20,000 nucleotides of DNA from an uncultured virus (IMG/VR IMGVR_UViG_3300047499_000023) (Duplodnaviria; Heunggongvirae; Uroviricota; Caudoviricetes), in IMG/VR virus record IMGVR_UViG_3300047499_000023; one strand, given 5' to 3'. Below, piece by piece: positions 1 through 9,254 of this stretch. The first letter of the stretch is position 1, and the number at the start of each line of letters is the position of its first letter. The position numbers and the translations under genes were made by a program. The notes under the pieces were generated by a model. The model searched no databases. It was given only the letters and a program-made list of their open reading frames with translations, and was not told the DNA's origin.

Positions 1-750
1 AAGGCGTTGATCGACCCGCTGCACGACCCGGTCGCGTACGCCAAGATCCTCGCGGACATCGAATCGCTGGAACTGCAGCACGACAACCGCATTTCGCAGA
101 TCCGGAAGGAAGCTGCGCAGCGCGATCGACAGGTGTGGGACTCCTTGAACAAGGAGATCCAGAGCGGCTTCGCATCGAACATCACGAAGCTGGTTGAGGG
201 CACCGAGACGTTCAGCCAGGCGATGCGAAACCTGCTGAAAGACGTGCTCAATTCCATCATCCAATTCCTTGCGCAGTGGGTGGTGCAACACGCGGCGACG
301 ATGCTCGCGAACCTGGTGCAGACCAAGGTCACGGCCCTCGGGCAAATTCAGGCGAATGCCGGTGTCGCCGGCGCCGCCGGCGTCGCATCGTTCGCGGGCG
401 CGCCCTGGCCCCTGGACGTGGGCGCCCCGGCGTTCGGCGCCGAGGCCGCGTCCGCTGCCGCGAGTTTCTCGACCCTGTCCGCCGAAGGCGGGTACGACAT
501 CCCGCGCGGCATCAATCCTCGAGTGCAATTGCACGAAGAGGAAATGGTGTTGCCGTCGCCCATCTCCAAGGGGCTCCGCAACCTCATTGCCGCGAACGAT
601 GGGGGCGGCCGGGGAAGCCGCGGCGGCGCGGGCGATACCAACATCAGCGTCAGCGCCATGGACTCGAAGTCCGTCGAACGTGCGCTCAGGGGCAACAATG
701 GCCCGCTGCACAAGGCGATGCGGGACCTCAATCGGCGTAAGGCGAGATGA
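1..750 (+). CDS. Phage tail tape-measure protein, C-terminal part (5'-truncated by window)
   Basis: Frame is open from base 1. Helical Ala/Gln-rich region followed by SAEGGYDIPRGINPRVQLHEEEMVLP and a terminal 'ISVSAMDSKSVERAL', typical of tape-measure C-termini. Lies directly upstream of the distal-tail gene with an ATGA overlap. Confidence 0.85.
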   Translation, partial: KALIDPLHDPVAYAKILADIESLELQHDNRISQIRKEAAQRDRQVWDSLNKEIQSGFASNITKLVEGTETFSQAMRNLLKDVLNSIIQFLAQWVVQHAATMLANLVQTKVTALGQIQANAGVAGAAGVASFAGAPWPLDVGAPAFGAEAASAAASFSTLSAEGGYDIPRGINPRVQLHEEEMVLPSPISKGLRNLIAANDGGGRGSRGGAGDTNISVSAMDSKSVERALRGNNGPLHKAMRDLNRRKAR

Positions 751-1397
751 GCAACAACATCTACCCGACGCTGCCCGGCCTTACCTTCGATTCCGTCCGG
801 AGCCCGAGTTTCAACACCGGGATCCAGCAGGCGCTCACGGGCAAGGAATCGCGCATCGCCTATCAGATGTACCCGCTCTATAAGTGGGAACTGATCTACG
901 AGATCCTCCGCGGGTATTTGACGCCCAGCGAAGAGCGGGCGCTCCGCGGGATCTATATCGCCGCGCAGGGGAGTTTTGGGAGCTTCCTGTACTCGGACCC
1001 GCAGTTCAATTCCGTCACCGCGATGCAATTCGCCGTGGCCGACGGGACGGCGGGGCCGTTCCAGATCACGGCGACCGATCAAAACACCGGCGGTTCCGGG
1101 TCGTTCTATTACGGTGGGCCCGAGATCATCCAGGATTTCAACGGCGTGCCGCTGATCTATTCGAACGGCGTGCTGCAGACGCCGACGGCGTACTACACGC
1201 TCGGCCCGACGACGACGCTCGCCTCCGGAGCGATTCAGTTCACCGCCGGCCACATCCCCGCCGCGGGCGCCGTGCTGACCTGGACGGGCTCGTTTTACTA
1301 CCGCGTGCGATTCGACGATGACCAGCTCGACGTGAGCCAGTTCATGGAGAACTTCTACGAAGTGAAGAAGGTTCGATTGCGGCAGGTGAGACTTTGA
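747..1397 (+). CDS. DUF2460-family distal tail protein (RcGTA g12-like)
   Basis: Motifs 'PSFNTGIQQALTGKESR', 'GSFGSFLYSDP', 'FAVADG', 'PAAGAVLTWTGSFYYRVRFDDD'. Positioned after the tape measure. Confidence 0.88.
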   Translation: MSNNIYPTLPGLTFDSVRSPSFNTGIQQALTGKESRIAYQMYPLYKWELIYEILRGYLTPSEERALRGIYIAAQGSFGSFLYSDPQFNSVTAMQFAVADGTAGPFQITATDQNTGGSGSFYYGGPEIIQDFNGVPLIYSNGVLQTPTAYYTLGPTTTLASGAIQFTAGHIPAAGAVLTWTGSFYYRVRFDDDQLDVSQFMENFYEVKKVRLRQVRL

Positions 1398-2476
1398 AGA
1401 ACGCAAGTCCCGCCACGCTCGCGATCTTAGCCTCGGGCGCGTACATCAAGTTCGAATGCTGGCAGATCACGATCCCGCCGTCGTACGCCGGCGCGGCCGC
1501 CCAGAATTATTACTTCGTCTCGAGCGACACGGGCCCACTCGTGGTGGGCGGCATCACCTACGCCGGCGGCCTGATCTTCGAGCGCGACGACATCCGCGTC
1601 CGAAACGGTACCGAGGTCGGGTCGCTCGACGTGAACGTGTCGCCGCAGTTCGATTACCCGCAAGGGCAGCCGCTGATCGCCGGCGGCACGTTCCTCTCGC
1701 AACTGCGGGCGGGTGTCTTCGACAACGCGACTTGGCTCCTGTCGAAAGGATTCTTCCTGCCTTCCGGGTCGAACGCCGTCACCGCCAACGGCTACACCTA
1801 CACGCCGCCGCCGGCGGGCACCCAGCTCGACACATCGCCCGGGCTCGTGCCCTGGTGGGCCGGCGTCACGAGCGAAGTGCAGGCCGGGCGCCAGATGGCG
1901 TATCTCACGCTCGATGAGGCGACCTCGATCCTCGCCAATCAGCAGATGCCGCGGAACATGATCCAGGCGGGATGCGTGCACCGCCTGTTTGATGCCGGCT
2001 GCACCTTGAACGCCGCGCAGAACACCTACACGGGGACGCTCTCCGCGGTCTCGCCGCCCAACGTCGTGACGACATCGCTCGCGTCGTCTGGCTTTGCCAA
2101 CGGCTATTTCAATCTCGGCATCGTGACGTTCAAATCGGGCGTGCTCAACGGCTCGAGCTTCACGGTGGCGCAGTCGGTGGGCTCGGCCGGGTCGGTGGTG
2201 CTCACGACCATCCAGCCGCTGCCCTCGACCCCGTCCGATGGCGATTCGTTCTCGATCGTGCCGGGATGCGACAAGACATTCCCGACGTGCTCGAGCGGCA
2301 AGTTCAAGCTGCCCACGGGCTCCTTCGGTTCTAATGCCGCGCACTATCGCGGTTGCCCGTTCGTGCCGCAGCCGGAGACGCTCTACGACGGCGGCACGGG
2401 CTCGCAGACGCTGCCCTCGATCGGCACGCAAGGCAAGCCCGGCTTGGGCTCCCCATTCAGCGGGAAGCGCTACTGA
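1394..2476 (+). CDS. DUF2163 / BR0599 baseplate-hub (lambda gpL-like) tail-tip protein, probably Fe-S binding
   Basis: TTG start overlapping the upstream stop. 'MPRNMIQAGCVHRLFDAGC' and 'PGCDKTFPTC...N..HYRGCPFVP' supply four conserved Cys. Confidence 0.88.
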   Translation: MKNASPATLAILASGAYIKFECWQITIPPSYAGAAAQNYYFVSSDTGPLVVGGITYAGGLIFERDDIRVRNGTEVGSLDVNVSPQFDYPQGQPLIAGGTFLSQLRAGVFDNATWLLSKGFFLPSGSNAVTANGYTYTPPPAGTQLDTSPGLVPWWAGVTSEVQAGRQMAYLTLDEATSILANQQMPRNMIQAGCVHRLFDAGCTLNAAQNTYTGTLSAVSPPNVVTTSLASSGFANGYFNLGIVTFKSGVLNGSSFTVAQSVGSAGSVVLTTIQPLPSTPSDGDSFSIVPGCDKTFPTCSSGKFKLPTGSFGSNAAHYRGCPFVPQPETLYDGGTGSQTLPSIGTQGKPGLGSPFSGKRY

Positions 2477-2910
2477 TGGATCGTCGCCGGCGGCAGGTGT
2501 TGAACGAAGCGCGTTCGTGGATCGGCACGCCCTACCATCACGGTCAGTGCCTGAAAGGCATAGGCGTCGACTGCGTCTGGATCATGATCGCGGTCTATCG
2601 AACCATCGGCGTCGTGCCGAGGAACTACTCGCCGGGCAGCTACACCCGCGACTGGTACATGCATCGCCACGAGGAGCTCTATCTCGAGGGCGTCAAGCAG
2701 TACGCTCGACCGCTGCCGATCGGCGTCCCGCCGCTGCCCGGCGATGTGGCGCTCTACAAGATCGGCCGCTGCGTCTCGCACGGCGCGATCATCGTGGACG
2801 ATGAGCACGTCATTCACGCCTACCGGAAGGACAAGAAAGTCACGATGGGGCTTCGTCGCGAGCCCAATCTCGCGAACTACTTCCACAGTTATTGGAGCCC
2901 GTTTCGATGA
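2476..2910 (+). CDS. NlpC/P60 tail-associated peptidase
   Basis: ATG at 2476 (TGATG overlap). 'ARSWIGTPYHH...GVDC' (catalytic Cys), 'PGDV', 'SHGAI...IHA'. Confidence 0.9.
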   Translation: MDRRRRQVLNEARSWIGTPYHHGQCLKGIGVDCVWIMIAVYRTIGVVPRNYSPGSYTRDWYMHRHEELYLEGVKQYARPLPIGVPPLPGDVALYKIGRCVSHGAIIVDDEHVIHAYRKDKKVTMGLRREPNLANYFHSYWSPFR

Positions 2911-5900
2911 GCGGTCTTTTCGGCAAACCGCCCGCCGCGGTCGTTCCGACGCAATTGAATTCGATCAACGTCGACCAGTCGCGCTACGGGGATCCGGTGC
3001 CGCTCGTCTACGGAGTCCAGCGCATCAAGATGACGCTGCTTTGGTATGGCGATTTCACGTCGACGGCGCAGTACAACAATTCGGGCAAAGGCGGCCACGG
3101 TCCGCCGTCGAACTATTCGTACGCCGCGAGCTGCGTGATGGGTCTTTGCGAAGGGCCGATCGCCGGCATCCTGCAGGTATGGAAGGATAAGGACCTCACG
3201 TCGCTCTCGACGGAGAACCTGACGGCGTTCTACGGTGCCGCCGGCCAAGCGCCGTGGGCGTATCTCACGGAAAACTTCCCGCTGCAGGCGGTACCGTACG
3301 ACCACACCGCCTACGTGGCGGAGGCCAATCTCGCCCTGGGCGGCTCTGCGGCGCTCCCCAATTACACTTTCGAGGTACAGGGGTTCCTGGCGCAGCCGGG
3401 CACGGCGTTCAGCTTCGTGAGCGGCCTGGCCGCGAACTCTTATCAGGGGCAGGTGGCCGGGACATCGCCGGTCCCCGACGGCATCTGGGACGTGACGTTC
3501 TCGGATCACGAATCGCGAACCTGCACGTTCGCGACGTCCGCGGGCGTGACCATCTGTTCGTGGGATTCGACGTTGGGGCTGGTCAACGCGGTCACGTCCG
3601 CGGCGATCGCCGGCGGCTACGATGCGGAGCCCTCCGCGATCCTGATCGACTATTGCACCGACGTAAATCACGGCGCCGGGTTTGGCAATCTCAATATCTC
3701 GCAGATCACCGCTCACTCGTGGAGCAATGGCGGCCCGACCTACTACGACAGCTTTAAAACGTACTGCACGGCGTACGGGCTTTTCATCTCGCCGTGGGAA
3801 GACACACAGCGCGCGGCCACCGACTTCATCAAAGACCTCCTCGAGATCGGCAACTCCAACTGCGTGATGTCGGCCGGCGTGATGAACATCGTGCCGTACG
3901 GCGATGTGCCGATCACCGGCAATGGCGTCACCTACACGCCAAACCTCGAGCCGCTGTTCTCCTTCACGGACAGCGACTACATGAAGAACAATCAGGGGAA
4001 CAACGATGACCCGGTCGTGGTCATCCGCAAGCCCCTGACGGAGACGTATAACGTCGTCCGCGTCGAATTTCTGGATCGCGGGAATTCCTACAACACCGCG
4101 CTCGCCGAATGGACCGACCCGCTCGATATCGCGGTCAACGGGATTCGCGTCATGGCGAACAAGTCCTTCCACCAGATTTGCGATGCGCGAGTCGCCGGCC
4201 AGGTCGCGGCGCTCATCGGGCAGCGGCAACTGTACGTCCGGAACACCTATCAATTCACGGTGCGCGCGGACTACTCGATCCTCGAGCCCATGGATCTCGT
4301 CTCGATCACCGACTCGAATCTCGGGATAAATGACCTCCTGGTCCGGATCACCGAGACGCAGGACGACAAGGACGACGTTTTCACGATCACGGCCGAGGAC
4401 GTGCTCGTCGGGACGGCGAGCGCGCCCAAATACAATTTCCAGTTTGCGCAAGGGTACGCCGCGAACTTCGCAACGCTCCCGTTCCTCGCGGCCGCGCCGG
4501 TGGTCTTCTCGGTCCCGGCCCCGCTGGTCGGCGCCGGCGGCGGCTACGAGCTCGCCATCGCCGTCGGCCCCGGCACCACGGTCTACGGCGGCGGCACGAA
4601 CGGTGACTGGGGCGGATGCGACGCCTATGGGTCGCTCGATGGGGTGACGTATCGCTACATCGGCCGCGTATCGGGTGCCGCCCGCTACGGGACGATCATG
4701 TCGGCGATCACCGCGACGGCGCTCTCGGTCAACCTCGAGCTCACGGCTGGCGCCATCGAGCTCGGCCTGCAAATGGAGAACGCCACCACGGCGGACTTCG
4801 CCGCCAACCGGGCGCTCCTGTATTTGGACGGGGAGATCGTCGGTTTCGAGTACGTGACCTCGATCGGCTCCGGCCAGTATGAAGTGGCGATCTCGAGGGG
4901 CCTATTCGGCACCACCGCGGTCGCGCACGCCGCCGGCGCATCCTGGGCGCGTCTCGATCAATCGATCCTGTACTTCACCTTCGATCCGGGCATGGTGGGC
5001 TCGACGCTGTACATGGAGTTTACGGCGTTCAATTCGGTCGGCCGAAACGAACAGCCGCAGAGTGAGTCGACCGTCTTCACCCATCTGATCGAGGTTCAGA
5101 ACGGCAGCCAGCTTCTGGGCGGTCCGCTGACGCTTCAAGGCACAGGCGTCGGCATCGTCGGCAATTCGGTGTTCAAGACGACGAACACTGCGGCCTGGGA
5201 TTCGGGCGCCTGGTCGTTGCAGGGGTATTCCGGCGGCGCATTCGTCACGTTCACCGCGACCGACACGGTGTCGGACGTGATGATGGGGCTGAATGCCGCG
5301 AACGGATATCAGGCGTATACGACGCTCGCCTACGCGATCTATTGCAACACCAGCGGCGAGCTCTACTGCTGGGAATCGGGCGTGCAGCACGATCTCGGCT
5401 CGACCTTCCAAGCCGGGGACGTGCTGTCGATCATCTACAACGGCGTGAATGTCGTTTACACGCAGAACGGCAATCAGCTTCGCAAGGTGAACGCGCCCGC
5501 CGGATTGACGCTTTATCTCAATTCGGACTTCTACACCTATCAGGCGAAACTCTCCGCCATTACGTTTGGGCCGTACGGCGCATCGACGCCGGTGCTTTGG
5601 GCAACTCGTGGCCTTGCGCTCGCAAGTGATTCGTACGCGTTCAAAGGCGGCGGCTCTGCTACGTGGAATAGCGACGATGCGTACAGCATCCAGTCGTACT
5701 CCACATGCAACATAGTTTTCAAAGCCAACAATATTGCGAGTCAATTGTTGGTGGGGTTTGTCGTGGCCGTGCCGGCGTCGCCCGGCTACACGACGATGTA
5801 CGGCTTCGATTTAAATTCGAACGCGATCGATGGGCAGTGGACGATATACGAACTGGGTGCCTCCACCGGGGTCACAGGGGTATACGGCACCGCCACTCGA

Positions 5901-6545
5901 TTCTCGATCACCTACGACGGCACGAATCTCGTTTACGCGGTCGACGGCAACACCGTGCGGACAAAGGCGCTTTCCGCGAGCGCGTTGTTTGCCTACCTCG
6001 ATTTTTATTCGGTTGGCGCCGGCGTCAACTCGCTCGACTTCGGCCCGGGGACCACGGTCCCGTTGATCGACTCGACCGGCATCGGCGCACAGGCGGCGAC
6101 CGAGATCATCAGCTTGGCCGTCCAGGGCCCGGTCAACGTCCCGAACGGCGCTCCCTACAGCGGCGTGTTTGCCGGTAATTCGACGGCGGTGACTTTCGTC
6201 CCGGGGTGCGAGATCGCGGTACCGGCACAGACCCAGCCGTGTCTTGCGACCCTGATCGTTTCGTTCACCGCCGAATGCGCCACGGCGCCCTCGAGCTCGG
6301 TAGACCCCTATCAGGCCTACACCACCGGCGGGTGTGATCAGGCGGGAAACGTGCAGGGCGGCGAAACGTACACCTACTTCGGCGTCTTCTCGGAGAACCC
6401 GACGCAATTCACGGTCACGCGCACGTTCTCGCTTCTCGAAAATGTCGCCTGCAATATCGGCTTGCTCGCGGCATTCGTGGCGTCGGTCGGCGTCGAGGTC
6501 ACATTCAGCAATGTCAATTCGCGCGTCGAAATCATCAAGAAATGA
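2907..6545 (+). CDS. Phage tail-tip / host-specificity protein (central fibre, about 1212 aa)
   Basis: ATG at 2907 (ATGA overlap). 'SRYGDPVPLVYG', 'GKGG', 'MGLCEGPI', 'LPNYTFEV', 'YNVVRVEFLDRGNSYN', 'LEPMDLV', 'SRGLFGT..HAAGA'. Tandem beta-rich repeats near the C-terminus. Confidence 0.9.
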   Translation: MSGLFGKPPAAVVPTQLNSINVDQSRYGDPVPLVYGVQRIKMTLLWYGDFTSTAQYNNSGKGGHGPPSNYSYAASCVMGLCEGPIAGILQVWKDKDLTSLSTENLTAFYGAAGQAPWAYLTENFPLQAVPYDHTAYVAEANLALGGSAALPNYTFEVQGFLAQPGTAFSFVSGLAANSYQGQVAGTSPVPDGIWDVTFSDHESRTCTFATSAGVTICSWDSTLGLVNAVTSAAIAGGYDAEPSAILIDYCTDVNHGAGFGNLNISQITAHSWSNGGPTYYDSFKTYCTAYGLFISPWEDTQRAATDFIKDLLEIGNSNCVMSAGVMNIVPYGDVPITGNGVTYTPNLEPLFSFTDSDYMKNNQGNNDDPVVVIRKPLTETYNVVRVEFLDRGNSYNTALAEWTDPLDIAVNGIRVMANKSFHQICDARVAGQVAALIGQRQLYVRNTYQFTVRADYSILEPMDLVSITDSNLGINDLLVRITETQDDKDDVFTITAEDVLVGTASAPKYNFQFAQGYAANFATLPFLAAAPVVFSVPAPLVGAGGGYELAIAVGPGTTVYGGGTNGDWGGCDAYGSLDGVTYRYIGRVSGAARYGTIMSAITATALSVNLELTAGAIELGLQMENATTADFAANRALLYLDGEIVGFEYVTSIGSGQYEVAISRGLFGTTAVAHAAGASWARLDQSILYFTFDPGMVGSTLYMEFTAFNSVGRNEQPQSESTVFTHLIEVQNGSQLLGGPLTLQGTGVGIVGNSVFKTTNTAAWDSGAWSLQGYSGGAFVTFTATDTVSDVMMGLNAANGYQAYTTLAYAIYCNTSGELYCWESGVQHDLGSTFQAGDVLSIIYNGVNVVYTQNGNQLRKVNAPAGLTLYLNSDFYTYQAKLSAITFGPYGASTPVLWATRGLALASDSYAFKGGGSATWNSDDAYSIQSYSTCNIVFKANNIASQLLVGFVVAVPASPGYTTMYGFDLNSNAIDGQWTIYELGASTGVTGVYGTATRFSITYDGTNLVYAVDGNTVRTKALSASALFAYLDFYSVGAGVNSLDFGPGTTVPLIDSTGIGAQAATEIISLAVQGPVNVPNGAPYSGVFAGNSTAVTFVPGCEIAVPAQTQPCLATLIVSFTAECATAPSSSVDPYQAYTTGGCDQAGNVQGGETYTYFGVFSENPTQFTVTRTFSLLENVACNIGLLAAFVASVGVEVTFSNVNSRVEIIKK

Positions 6546-6886
6546 AACAGTATTCGACCTATCGATTGACCGACGGCGTGATCGTCGCGCATCTCGAGGC
6601 GCAGAGCGATGCGGCCATCAAAGCCAACACGCCGGCCGGGCATGCCCTGGTCGAAGGGCATCATGATCCCAAATCGGTGCGCATCGACACGACGACCGGC
6701 AAGCCCGTGCCGTACGCGTCGCCGGCGGACCCGCTCGCGATCAAGCGTGAGGCGCGCGCCGCGATCGCGAGGCTGGAGGCCTCGCAGCATCGTGCGGTGC
6801 GTGAGGCGCTGATCGGTATCGCCGGCGCCGCGGATCGCTTAAAGGCGATCGACGAACAGATTGCCGCCCATCGCAAAGACCTATGA
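6542..6886 (+). CDS. Putative tail-fibre assembly/chaperone-like protein
   Basis: Coupled to the tail-tip gene. C-terminal helical hairpin 'IARLEASQHRAVREAL...RLKAIDEQIAAHRKDL' resembles proteins found downstream of tail fibres. Confidence 0.55.
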   Translation: MKQYSTYRLTDGVIVAHLEAQSDAAIKANTPAGHALVEGHHDPKSVRIDTTTGKPVPYASPADPLAIKREARAAIARLEASQHRAVREALIGIAGAADRLKAIDEQIAAHRKDL

Positions 6887-7221
6887 AGATCGCGGCGGTT
6901 GGCATCGTGCTCGCGTTGTCGGGATGCGTCCTCGCGCCTGACTCGGTGCGGCCGGAGCTCGAGCACCTGTCGCACCTGACACAGCACGAGCCGTTCACGG
7001 ATCACCCGACCGACTACGGGGCGAACACGGTGAATCTGATCGCCCACTGGGATCTCCCGGCGCGCGCCTATCTCGAGGTCGGCGAGGGGTATGACCTGAG
7101 CCGCCACTATCCGCAGACGCGCACCGCCGGCGCGAGCGATGGCGAGATCATCGGTCCGCGCGAGGAATTTACCGCCCGTTTTGGAATTGTGATTGGCATC
7201 CCGCACAGGAGTACGAAATGA
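6883..7221 (+). CDS. Lipoprotein of unknown function
   Basis: MKIAAVGIVLALSGC: basic N-terminus, hydrophobic core and LSGC lipobox. ATGA-coupled on both sides. Confidence 0.7.
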   Translation: MKIAAVGIVLALSGCVLAPDSVRPELEHLSHLTQHEPFTDHPTDYGANTVNLIAHWDLPARAYLEVGEGYDLSRHYPQTRTAGASDGEIIGPREEFTARFGIVIGIPHRSTK

Positions 7222-7634
7222 CCAATGCCGTCGATATCGCCGTGCCGCGCCTCGCGCGAGAGGAAGCGTTCAAGCCGTTCAAGTACAAAGATCCGCGCGG
7301 GCACGAGACGATCGCGTATGGGTTCAACATCGACGCGGGCATTTCGCAGTACGCGGCGCTCGCGCTCCTGCAGGCGCAGTCCGAGGAGCGGCATATCGCG
7401 CTCGGCAAATTCCCCTGGTACGCGACCCTCGATCCGCCGCGCCAGTCCGTGTTCGTCGACCTGTCGTTCAATGATGGGATCGAGGGGCTCCTGCACTTTC
7501 ACAAGACGATCACGGCGACGGCGGCCGCCAACTGGCAGACCGCGCACGACGAGCTCTTAGACTCGGACGCCGCGCGCGAACTGCCCAGCCGCTACAAGCC
7601 GCTTGCGCAAATTATGCTGACGGGGGCCGTGTGA
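7218..7634 (+). CDS. Endolysin, T4-lysozyme-like (GH24)
   Basis: E16-x8-D25-x5-T31 catalytic triad (EAFKPFKYKDPRGHET), plus 'TIAYGFN', 'LDPPRQSVFVDLSFN' and 'ELLDS...R'. GGAG RBS upstream. Confidence 0.88.
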   Translation: MTNAVDIAVPRLAREEAFKPFKYKDPRGHETIAYGFNIDAGISQYAALALLQAQSEERHIALGKFPWYATLDPPRQSVFVDLSFNDGIEGLLHFHKTITATAAANWQTAHDELLDSDAARELPSRYKPLAQIMLTGAV

Positions 7635-8011
7635 AGACGCCTCCCGCGCGGCGCCGTTGGGTGTCGTCTGTGCCTGGTTTTCAACCGAGCATCTCGCAGA
7701 AGGTGCGCACCGCGTTGATCGAGTCAGGCAACGAAGACCTGGTCAACGAAATCTATACCGATGCGCTGTCCCAGTTTGAGGAACGTATCTACGTCCTCGA
7801 GCGGGACGTGCGCCTATTGCAACAAGCCGAGCAGGATCGAATTACGCGATCCGGCGTCTGGACCATCGTCAAAGGCAAACTCGATTCCGAGGCCGTCGAT
7901 TGGATGCGATGGGCAGCCCGCATTACCGCGGGCGCCATCATCGGCGCCGTCGTCACCGGAATCTTTTGGTTTGCGAAGTATCTCTGGTCGTCGTCGCACG
8001 GGTCTGGATAG
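7631..8011 (+). CDS. Membrane protein (coiled coil plus C-terminal TM helix), holin/antiholin-like
   Basis: GTG start in a GTGA overlap. Heptad region 'FEERIYVLERDVRLLQ' and TM segment 'ITAGAIIGAVVTGIFWFA'. Confidence 0.6.
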   Translation: MKTPPARRRWVSSVPGFQPSISQKVRTALIESGNEDLVNEIYTDALSQFEERIYVLERDVRLLQQAEQDRITRSGVWTIVKGKLDSEAVDWMRWAARITAGAIIGAVVTGIFWFAKYLWSSSHGSG

Positions 8012-8044
8012 AGAACGGTCAAATCATGGAGCAGAAGTCCCGAG

Positions 8045-8461
8045 ATGAACGCGCATCAGATCATCATTGCACTCGAATGCCTGGGGCTGCTCCTCTCCGG
8101 AGCAATCCTCGCGATCATTCTGTGGTACCGCCCGAAGATCGATCGACATTTGCAGCAGAAACTGCCGCTGCAATCAGGGCATGAGGAACTGCGAAACGCC
8201 ATCGAAGACGCGGCGATCGAGACGGCCGCGATTGTCCGTGAGGAGGGCGAGTCGGTGCGCGTTGCGATCGACGGAGTGACTGAGGCCAACCGGCTCGATC
8301 ATCGCGAGATGAGCACGCAGCTCAGAACCGTATCCGGCCGTGCGCAATGGCTCGTTGCCAATTCGCTCTCGGAAAAACTCGACGAGATCAAAAAGGAAAA
8401 AGGGGACGTTCCTAACACGCCTTCTCAACCGCAACCCACGGAGGATTCTGATCATGGCTGA
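8045..8461 (+). CDS. Single-pass membrane protein with helical soluble domain (lysis-cassette associated)
   Basis: N-terminal TM 'IIIALECLGLLLSGAILAIILWY' followed by RPK, then a charged helical region. Confidence 0.6.
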   Translation: MNAHQIIIALECLGLLLSGAILAIILWYRPKIDRHLQQKLPLQSGHEELRNAIEDAAIETAAIVREEGESVRVAIDGVTEANRLDHREMSTQLRTVSGRAQWLVANSLSEKLDEIKKEKGDVPNTPSQPQPTEDSDHG

Positions 8462-8792
8462 TGATTCAATGACGTCGACGCCGGCCGCCTCGAGCACGCC
8501 GGCGCAACTGCCGGCGACGCCCTGGTACAACTCGAAGGTGCAGATCGCGCAGGTGGTCGCGCTCGTCTCGGCGCTCACCGCCATCTCGCCGAAGATCGCG
8601 AGCACGCTGGGGCTCACGAGCCTCGCCGCGATCCAAACGACCGTCGAGGCGGTGTTCGGCACCATCGCGTTCATCGCGCCCGTCGTCGGGACCTGGTTCC
8701 GCGCCAAGTCCACCGTGCAGCCGCTGACGCTGACCCAGGCGGCCGCGGATGCGCACCCGGCAACCCTCGTTGCCAATTCTCAAACCAAGTAA
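8454..8792 (+). CDS. Putative holin (two TM segments)
   Basis: ATG at 8454 with GGAGG RBS. 'PWYNSK' motif, two hydrophobic helices and a 'WFRAKSTVQPL' tail, as in small phage holin-like proteins. Confidence 0.65.
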   Translation: MADDSMTSTPAASSTPAQLPATPWYNSKVQIAQVVALVSALTAISPKIASTLGLTSLAAIQTTVEAVFGTIAFIAPVVGTWFRAKSTVQPLTLTQAAADAHPATLVANSQTK

Positions 8793-8804
8793 AGGAAGTT
8801 CCCC

Positions 8805-9254
8805 ATGAAGAAACTGTTTGCTGCCTCCGCGGCGGCCTGCCTCGTCGCGCTCTCCGGATGCGCGGTCCTGTCGAAACTCACGACGCCGGCGGCCGCGCCG
8901 TTCGTCCAGGTGGCGGTCGATGCAGCCGTCGCCGGCGCCGTCGGCACGAACCCGGCGATCGCCAAGACCAAGGCCGTGAAGATCAAGGCGATCGCGCAGC
9001 AGGCGCTCGCGGCCGATTCCGGTACCACGGCGACCTTGGCGGCCGTCGAGGGCGTCGTCAACGCGCAGATCCTGAAGCTGAATCTCCCGCCGGCGGACGT
9101 GGCGGCCGCGCAGCTCCTGACGGCGACGCTGACGGTGGTCATCCAGAACCAGCTCTCGAGCCCGTCAGCCAGCGGCGTTACGGCGTCGACGCAAGTGGCG
9201 ATCGCCCAGGTGCTGCAGGACGTGATCCTCGCCACGAGCGCCTACGGGGCATAA
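8805..9254 (+). CDS. Ala/Val-rich alpha-helical lipoprotein (lysis-associated, spanin-like role possible)
   Basis: MKKLFAASAAACLVALSGC lipobox. AAGGAA RBS. Confidence 0.7.
   Translation: MKKLFAASAAACLVALSGCAVLSKLTTPAAAPFVQVAVDAAVAGAVGTNPAIAKTKAVKIKAIAQQALAADSGTTATLAAVEGVVNAQILKLNLPPADVAAAQLLTATLTVVIQNQLSSPSASGVTASTQVAIAQVLQDVILATSAYGA

Noticed and set aside
348..4772. Long reverse-strand ORFs (348-1406, 1427-2431, 2889-4772 and similar ones elsewhere)
   Set aside because: Antisense shadows of high-GC3 genes: Arg/Gly-rich, without motifs, and fully overlapping well-supported + strand genes.
747..6545. Gene transfer agent cluster
   Set aside because: The tail module is GTA-like in gene order, but the att site, lysis cassette and accessory genes indicate a temperate phage.
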